Assembly (NCBI RefSeq): GCF_006345805.1 | Contig: NC_043003.1 | Location: 55,056,001-55,120,000 of the forward strand | Source: Octopus sinensis | Lineage: Eukaryota | DNA: 64,000 bases | Reading direction: 5' to 3' | In this document: piece by piece, positions 55,988 through 64,000 of the stretch | How the letters are laid out: every line of letters starts with the position of its first letter | Position numbering within the stretch: position 1 is the first letter of the stretch | Notes under the pieces: generated by a model | What the model saw: the letters and a program-made list of their open reading frames with translations, nothing else | The model's database searches: none | What the model was told of the DNA's origin: nothing | Made by a program: the position numbers and the translations under genes

Positions 55988-56100
55988 CTTGGTAGCAAAA
56001 ATCACAGCAGAAGACAGCACGGTTGGCCATGGGCTCTTCGATTTGTTTTGCTCCGCCTCTGTTCTGTTTTTGTTTTTTCCAACGGATTTCCTATTTCTTC
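55988..56100 (-). CDS. Candidate 113-nt spliced exon of an unidentified gene
   Basis: Acceptor tgtgtctttctcttcag, donor AAG|gtatcg. One frame is open throughout (RNRKSVGK...AVIFATK); another starts at an ATG (MANRAVFCCDFCYQ). Unique sequence. Confidence 0.35.
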
Positions 56101-57139
56101 CTGAAGAGAAAGACACAATATGGTCTCATTATTCAATCGGAATTTGGTAAATTGTGCCTTTCGAAACACGTGTAGAATGAAATAAAACGATTTCTGTTCA
56201 ATCTTCGTTCAACTCCATTTCTTCAATTCACTAATAATATTATATATATACATATATATATACATATATATATACATATATACATATATACATATATATA
56301 TATACAAGTATATATATGTATGTATATATACACACATACATATATATAAGTATATACACATATATATGCATATATACATATATACATACATACATACATA
56401 CATACACATACATAGACACACACACACAGATATATATAATTGTGATTCAGTTGAATTAGTTACTTAAGTTGAAGCACCAAGTCAGTGCGGTATTATCCGT
56501 ACAACTCAAAGTAAGGTGAATAAAATAAAAATAAACAACAGGTATATCAAGGGGTGATGCAGTACGGCCGTTTTAAGCGGTACCATTTAATGCAATTATT
56601 ACATCAATTTAAATGCAGGGCTAACCTCAGCTGCATAAATAAATAATAAATTTTAATCAGTTAGGCACATTAATATAATTTTACTTAAATTCTCTAATAG
56701 AGCAAGAAGAGGGTAAAAGTCCATATTGCTACTATTGTAGCTCAACATATACTACACTTCTAAGGACTGTATGAAGTTTGTTAGGGTCTTAGCTTGTAAC
56801 GGATTATGGTGCATTTTTAACTTATTAGTCTTTTTTATCAACTACCAAATCTAATGTTAGAGAGTAGTGTCTGTTTAGAATGGATAGACGGAATGAGTTG
56901 ACAGTTTATAGCTGGGTATGGTCATAATTATGGTCAGGATTTTAGGAAATGTGTAAGTAATTGTCTATAAAGGAGGCTGGTCAGTGGAAGACCCTAAATC
57001 AAGATGTTGATTACCAGTTAAAGGGGCAACACGCTAATAAAACCAATGATGTTAATACGGAGGGAATTATGATGGGGCACAATGGATGATTGGATATAAA
57101 CAATATTGTTTTGTTGTATGAAGTTCTTTGAAGCCATCC

Positions 57140-58480
57140 GGTCAGCCGCCTGTATTTCATTGCCAACAGAGTAACATTTACATGGAAGGATGCATCATTA
57201 AGGATGCATCATGTAAAGGCCCAGGTATCGCATTGACTGTGTTTCTTGGATTGTGATCCCTCCACGTCAAGTGGATATAATTGGTAGAGCATTAGTTTTG
57301 CATGCTGACAGCATAGGGTTTGAAACTTTTCAGCATTAAATTGCATGGTATTTTTTGGGCCCACTTGTATATTTCATCTAACTCACATTGTCGGTGCATA
57401 GTGTCTTTATGGTTGTCTATCACCTGTGAAACTTTTGTATCATCTGCATAATTTGTGATCGTTGCTCGCTGTGTGGCTGAGGGCATGTCAGAGAGAGCCT
57501 TTATAAATATTAATGAAACAGTGCCTTGCAGAAAACCGCTCACTATTTGGGTGTTACTGGAGGTGGCCCCATTGCCTATTACTGCTTGACTTTTCTACCT
57601 TTCACAAAGTCACGCAGCCATTCTCCCAATTCCCCCATTATGCCGAGATCACGCAGTTTGTGACACATCAACTTTGTCGAACGCCTATTCAAAGTCGAGG
57701 TAAATCGCTTCCACTTTTGAGTGGTTGAAGAGCTGTTTCAACATCCAGTCATAGTATTGGAAGAGCTGAGTCAGGCGGCTCCGTCCTGGTCGCAATCCAT
57801 ATAAGGTTTCAGTCAGAAAGTCATTTTCCTCTAAGAAGTTGGTTAGCTTTCTTCTGACTATCCGTTCTATGACTTGGCTGTTGTGCGAGGTCAGAGACAG
57901 TCAGAGAGATAGGTCTGTAGTTTTTAGCCTCTGCTCTGCTACCTTTTTTATGAATGGGGCATATTTTACCTTCCTTCAGTTTGCTTGGAAGTTTGCCAGT
58001 TGCAAGGAATCTCTAGCAGAGAGACTGCAGTGATCGTGCTAGGACTCGCTTACATGATTTTAGAAGAATTACTGGGAATCCATCAGAACCAGCAGTTGAG
58101 TTCGGGTTCATCTTATCTATAGCTCTTATTATATCCTCTTCTTTTATATCAATGTAATTAATCATCACTGCTTCTGTTTTTTTTATTCGTACTGGCGAAA
58201 AAGGCAACTTCATTGCTGACTAACAAGTGTCCAAGGGGTTGAGTGAAAACACTTTTGTATTACTCATTTAGTATTTCACGTATTCTCATTGGTTTTCCTG
58301 TAAGTGAACAATCTTTTTCGAGGAGTGGCCCTACCCTGCAGTGCACTGAGGCTGTTTCTCAGTTTACTGGCAATGCCAAGGTCTCGTAGCTTATGACATA
58401 TGCTATAATCTATTTTATTAAATGCCATTGAAAAGTCAAGGGATATCACGCTGACATCTGAATGTTTCACAAACCATATA
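57140..58480 (-). mobile_element. Degraded CR1/L2-type LINE RT region plus a duplicate RT fragment (58340-58480)
   Basis: AIDKMNPNSTAGSDGFP, GLRPGRS..TQL, AIYLDFE*AFDKVD, SGFLQGTV, NYADDTK; second copy VISLDFSMAFNKID..CHKLRDLGI. Confidence 0.88.
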
Positions 58481-60464
58481 CATATATAGATAGATAGGCG
58501 TACACAAGTATTAGCATTGTCTGAGCATGTTTCTGTGGTGCTTCTGTGTTTCTGCGTATATGTGTATGTGTACATCATTACGTTCTACATGTGTCATATA
58601 TAAATGTAGGTATGCATATATGTTCGCACTATGAACACATGCATGCGTGTAGGGATGTATGTGCGTATATATATATATATATGTGAGTGTTTATGAATTA
58701 ATGTATACTGCAGGTTTCCGACACACAGGTATCCTTGCAAGTTGGTTAACGCTAGATAATTAAATGTAACGTTGTATGGCATATCAATCTGTAAATAGCC
58801 ACGAAACTTCATCGTAAATGTTACAGAACTGTTAATCCCATGTAGTATATTATGGGAATTAACAAATAGCAACTAAATGAAGTTTATTTAATATACCATC
58901 CATCATATATGTACGTATTGCTTACAGCAACCGTAATATCTGTCTACTACTTACATGCAGCGTAATTAAGGTTGAGAGTTCCATTTTGAAGTTTCTGAAA
59001 TTCCCAACTGAAACGCAAGCAAGCCTACATTGTGTGCATATTTTCTCAAAATTACTCAATCATTTCTATGAACATTGCATTTGAAATCGGAATAGAGTCT
59101 GATCAACTTGACCTAGATTTTTAAATTGTACTACATTTAATTATGAAGTTTCTTTCTTTCCCTTTGCTTAATGTTTGCCGCACTTCAATAGATTTAATTG
59201 TTTCAGAATTAATCGTAAATTACATTAACATACGTTTTTTTTTCCTTCGTATGAGAAGTAAATTAAAGATCCTACGTAACATTCACGCCTGATCACATTT
59301 TCCTTTCTATCTCTTTTTTAGATGCGGTATTATCTAAGTTTCTTCAAGCAATATTAGGTACATGCTTTCTTTTCACATCTTTCTCAAATTATTTACACTT
59401 GACAAGAATAGAAGTAATTTTCCTTAATTGACACAAGAGATATTAAGTAGATAAATACATGTATGAAATACAAAGCACTACTCATTGTTCTTTTGTGCAC
59501 ATCTAAACTACTGTAAGAAGTCGTAATATACGACAGAAAGTGTCAGACAATCGGTTCTATGAGACGGTTTTTAGGTGAGGGATTAACCAAAACCTTAATA
59601 CAAATACGTACAAACACATCCATCCCACCCCATGCATATACAAACATATGTACGTATGTGTGTGTGTGTGTGTGTGTGTGTTTTTGTGTGTATGTGTGTG
59701 ATTGTGTGTGTTTGTATGTGTGTGTATGTGTTTGTTTGTGTGTGTATGTGTGTGCATGTGTATGAGTGTGTGTCTGCACGTGTGTGTTTGTATATGCGTG
59801 TGTGTGTTTGTGCGTGTTTGGCTGGGTTTGTGTGTGATTATGTGTTTGTGCATGCGTGCCTTTGTGTGTGTTCTGTTGTGTGTGTATACGTGTTTTTGTG
59901 TGTATATATATATATATAATGAGTGATAGACAGACAGCCATATATACAGAGACCTATGCAGAGTGTAAGTAACTGACAGGGCCCGAAATATGTCATAGCC
60001 ATTATTAGATGTGACAGCTTTGTACGTGCTCCGCACTTTCGTAATGAGAAATCCCCACCGAGAGTAAGGACGAACATTAGGAGCGAATGTAAGGGTCCCA
60101 GCAAACGCTGCTCATGTTCAGATCAATCTGAAGCAGCATTCTTATCACGGTACAAAAACTGTTTGAATATGTTGTTTTTGAAGGAGCATAGCTTTACTTC
60201 AGTATGCTCCCAGTGACCCTGTGCATAGGATCAGTGGAAGTTTGGCATTTGCCGTGTGAGTGACATATAGCTGGGGAAGGTTAGTGAGGATTGAAGAGGC
60301 ATATAAAACCCATGACTGAAAATTTTTCATGTGTGCAAGACTGACGTTAGAAGCCTGGTATAAACTAACTTCTTGTAGACAAAACCGAACACTAGGGTGT
60401 GCTACAGTTGGCCGAGAGAGGTGCAATGTATATATATATATATGTGTGTGTGTGTATGTGTTAT

Positions 60465-60516
<52 letters not shown>

Positions 60517-60854
60517 TATTTCAAAATACGCCCGCTAAGATAAGTTCCATTGTCTAAAGTCGTAAGACACACGCTGTTTTAAATTTTATTTTTGTTTTTT
60601 GTATTTATATTCGTATGGCATCGTCCGCCTTTCTGTCCCTGTTTCGTATACATTCGATCCTCTTTCCAAGAAATCTAATGCTCGCAGCTTAGTTTTTCCT
60701 TGGGGCTAGCCGAATCTGAGCGAATCTCAGGATTAATTAGCCGAAATTTGCTAGGACGATCCGGTTCCTGACTGAAGATTAGAGGCTTCGAATGATCCGT
60801 CCGTTTTTGTGTCGTCTCTTTGTGTTTTTTACGTTCTTGTCCCATTTTTATATA

Positions 60855-60913
<59 letters not shown>

Positions 60914-60918
60914 ACATA

Positions 60919-61385
60919 GGCGCAGGAGTGGCTGTGTGGTAAGTAGCTTGCGTACCAACCACATGGTTCCGGGTTCAGTCCCATTGCGTGGCACCTTGGG
61001 CAAGTATCTTCAACTATAGCCTCGGGTAACCAAAGTCTTGTGAGTGGATTTGATAGACGGAAACGGAAAGAAGCCCGTCGTATATATACGTATATATATA
61101 TATATATATATATATATCTATATATATATATACGTATATATATATATATGTGTGTGTTTGTGTGTGTGTGTGTGTATGCTTGTGTGTCTGTGTTTGTCCC
61201 CTCAACATCGCTTGACAACCGATGCTGGTGTGTTTACGTCCCCGTAACGTAGCGGTTCGGCAAAAGAGACCGATAGAATAAGTACTAGGCTTGCGAAGAA
61301 TAGTCCTGGTGTCGATTTGCTCGACTAAATGCGGTTCTCCAGCGTGGCCGCAGTTAAATGACTGAAACAAGTGAAAGAGAAAAGA
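60919..61385 (+). mobile_element. SINE family A, full length
   Basis: ggcgcaggagtggctgtgtgg...gggttcagtccc...gactgaaacaagtgaaagag. Confidence 0.93.
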
Positions 61386-62452
61386 AAAAAATATGCATCT
61401 TACTTTGATAACTTCGATAGGTTTTTATTCAGCAGAGGCGCAGGCCATGTCTGACTTAATAGCACCTCCTGGCGAAGTCTTTTAGTCATGTATGGAGCAC
61501 ATTTATAACACATGGTTGTATTATAAAACGCGTTCAAAGATGTATATAAATTTTAAAGAAAATTCATCACCAGAAGCAAGAATAAGTTTCAAAAGATACA
61601 TGCGAATATTTAGGAAGTAACTGAAGACCTTATTTTACAAAGTACGTTGCCATTTTAGATATGAATATTATTTTTCTCTTAATTTCCTTATTACTTTTAG
61701 TTGTATTTTTGTTGTATTTTAGTTGTATTTTTTGTTGTATTTTAGTTGTGTTTTTTGTACTTTTTTAATTAAATATTTATCTTGTTTGTATCTCGGAAAG
61801 TAAACATGAAACTGGATGTTTTGACCCTGTAACAAGCACAAATGGAAGCATAGAAACAACACGAGACTTGCAAGAGAGACTGGGTAGACAACAGAAATTG
61901 AACTGAAACAGATCATTTGCATTATCCATGCAAGTTTTTGAGATTATCGATTCAAGCATTATGTTAAAGTTACAAATATTTATATAACTTTCAGGTAGGG
62001 CGTTTCATTTCTTTGAATAGAGCGATTCTGTTCATTAGTCGTCTGGAACACACACATATGGAACCAACTACAAACCTAAATATTGCACACACATACACAC
62101 ACTCACACACATATACAGATGTACACGCTAAAGTATATAGCAGATACTGTATGTATAAACAGATATTCGTCTGCTGATCTTATCTTTAGATCTCCACGGA
62201 GATTTTCATGTTCCAGTCTGCTTGTAGAGAACTAATGGACATTAGTTCTATGTAACTTAATGTATTAAAGTATTCCCTGCTGATACGTTCCACTTCAGCA
62301 TTGCTAATGCAAATGAAACATCCAGGGCAGGATTCCAAATCACCAAAAATTGAAACGTACGTAGGAAGCAATAAATATGAACTCATGTTTCTGCTAATTT
62401 GTCATACGTACATAGATACCTACATAATGCATATATATACATACATGCTAAG

Positions 62453-62484
<32 letters not shown>

Positions 62485-62490
62485 TATATA

Positions 62491-62521
<31 letters not shown>

Positions 62522-62829
62522 ATGTATGTATGCATATGTGTGTGTGTTTGTTTGTGTGTGTGTGTGTCACACTTGATGTAAATACATCGTCGAAAGGTAA
62601 ATTTACTACGGCATTTGTCCTGGAGATAATATATCTTATGGACGCCCTGATTTCAAAAGCAAAATATATATTAAAGGGAGACAGAAATTGTCCCAGTAGC
62701 GGCTTGCGAGAACGCCATATGCATTTCTACTTCGCTTGGTTTGTATATAGTGTGTATTCATATTTACCAGCTTACTTAGTCCGAGTTTTTGCCATCAATT
62801 TACGAAAATAGGGAATAAACATTCCCTAG

Positions 62830-63117
62830 TTAATACAGTTCTATATTGAAGAGATGAGGAATTATATACATTATTTACATTATTTACATTTGACGGATAT
62901 TTGTCCTCATCTTGTTTGTTGTTAACACAACGTTTCGGCTGATATGCCCTCCAGCCTTCATCAGGTGTGTTGGGGAAATGTCGAACCTGGGTTCTCATTT
63001 CTAAGGTATATTTCGATGTTATTACTATTATTACTATTATTCAGGTCACTGCCTGGAATCGAATTCGTAATCTTGGGGTTAGTAGCCTGCGCTCTTAACC
63101 ACTACGCCATATGCCCG
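62830..63117 (-). mobile_element. tRNA-headed short element carrying a hammerhead ribozyme
   Basis: Head gggcatatggcgtagtggttaagagcg...aattcgattccagg (A box TGGCGTAGTGG; B box); HHR ~75 nt downstream. Confidence 0.8.
62925..62968 (-). ncRNA. Minimal type I hammerhead, canonical core
   Basis: ACAC-CUGAUGA-A-GGCUG gagggcauau CAGCC-GAAA-CG-UU-GUGU. Confidence 0.82.
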
Positions 63118-63165
63118 TATGTTCGATTCCAGGCAGTGGCCTGAATAATAGTAGTAATAATAATG

Positions 63166-63224
<59 letters not shown>

Positions 63225-63225
<1 letters not shown>

Positions 63226-63471
63226 TGATGCTCTGATGGTTATTGTATGAAAAGTGTTCTGCGTAGGATGTGTGCAGTGCCTAGTAGTGCAATTTTTTTT
63301 TCTTTCACATACAACATACAGAAAATTGCACTACCAGGCACTGCACACATCCTACGCAGAACACTTTCCATACAATAATCATCAGAGCATCACAACAAAT
63401 CACAGCACATACCCAAGGAACACAGAGCTGCGCTCGGTAGTGAAGTGAAAGCACGCTATAAAAATATACTA

Positions 63472-63474
<3 letters not shown>
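63225..63474 (+). mobile_element. R4/Dong-type LINE 3' end with 72-bp inverted 5' duplication, inside (AAT)n
   Basis: NIQKIALPGTAHILRRTLSIQ*; same 3' UTR as 53034; arms 63225-63296 / 63322-63393. Confidence 0.9.

Positions 63475-63558
<84 letters not shown>
63475..63558. repeat. (AAT)n microsatellite
   Basis: Direct reading. Confidence 0.98.
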
Positions 63559-63559
<1 letters not shown>

Positions 63560-64000
63560 TATATAATAAACATTCCCTATTGTTGCGAATACCCGCTCAG
63601 CTGAATTAAAATATTAAAATAAGTTATATGCAACAGGAGAGGCACAAGCATATAATAGCCGTCCATATATCATAGTTAATGTAACTAAAGCATCGAAAAC
63701 ATCTCGCGTGGATGTACTATATTTCAAGACACAATAAATATTAGAATGGGACGAAAATTGTCCGAGCAGAGGCGAGCGAGAACATTAGATGGTGCCAGAT
63801 GATAAGTAGGTGGCAATATTCTATCGAGAAAGAATATAAACTTTTTCTTAAATGTATTTTTCACTGAGAATATAAATCGAATTTCCCCAAGTGGAGAACG
63901 TTATTCCTTGTTCTGATTAGCAGATGTTGATTTTATAAATCCTTCTCGAGCAAACCCTACAATTCTAAATTATATAACCGCCGAAAGCTATCTAAATCTG

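Noticed and set aside
63045-63117. Functional tRNA gene
   Set aside because: Acceptor and anticodon stems do not pair properly; treated as a tRNA-derived head

Overview
AT-rich, microsatellite-saturated eukaryotic DNA. The SINE and LINE repertoire suggests a cephalopod, probably Octopus (inference from remembered repeat families, not from a search). I found no intact cellular protein-coding gene; nearly all ORFs in the supplied track are translations of simple repeats. One candidate spliced exon lies at 55988-56100 (-). The window is mostly retroelements: Penelope-like elements (PLEs; RT + GIY-YIG) inserted in (TA)n, R4/Dong-type RLE LINE 3' ends and a ~550-bp non-coding partner abutting (AAT)n, CR1/L2-type LINE relics, several tRNA-derived SINE families, a Tc1 relic and Helitron/Helentron-like non-autonomous elements. 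The main result of reading the sequence by hand is a dense set of type I hammerhead ribozyme (HHR) motifs: about 12 well-formed ones plus relics, from several unrelated repeat families. Four stand out. (i) A two-HHR tandem repeat with a predicted 495-nt self-excising monomer (retrozyme architecture, 29463-30281). (ii) A tRNA-promoter + HHR element resembling schistosome Sm-alpha (62805-63117). (iii) HHRs with C3-G8, U3.G8, U3-A8 and G3-C8 at the catalytic 3-8 pair. (iv) Long fold-back palindromes centred right beside HHR modules. A fixed-spacing CRE-like/CCAAT array also lies in a PLE 3' region. Ribozyme activity is predicted from sequence only.
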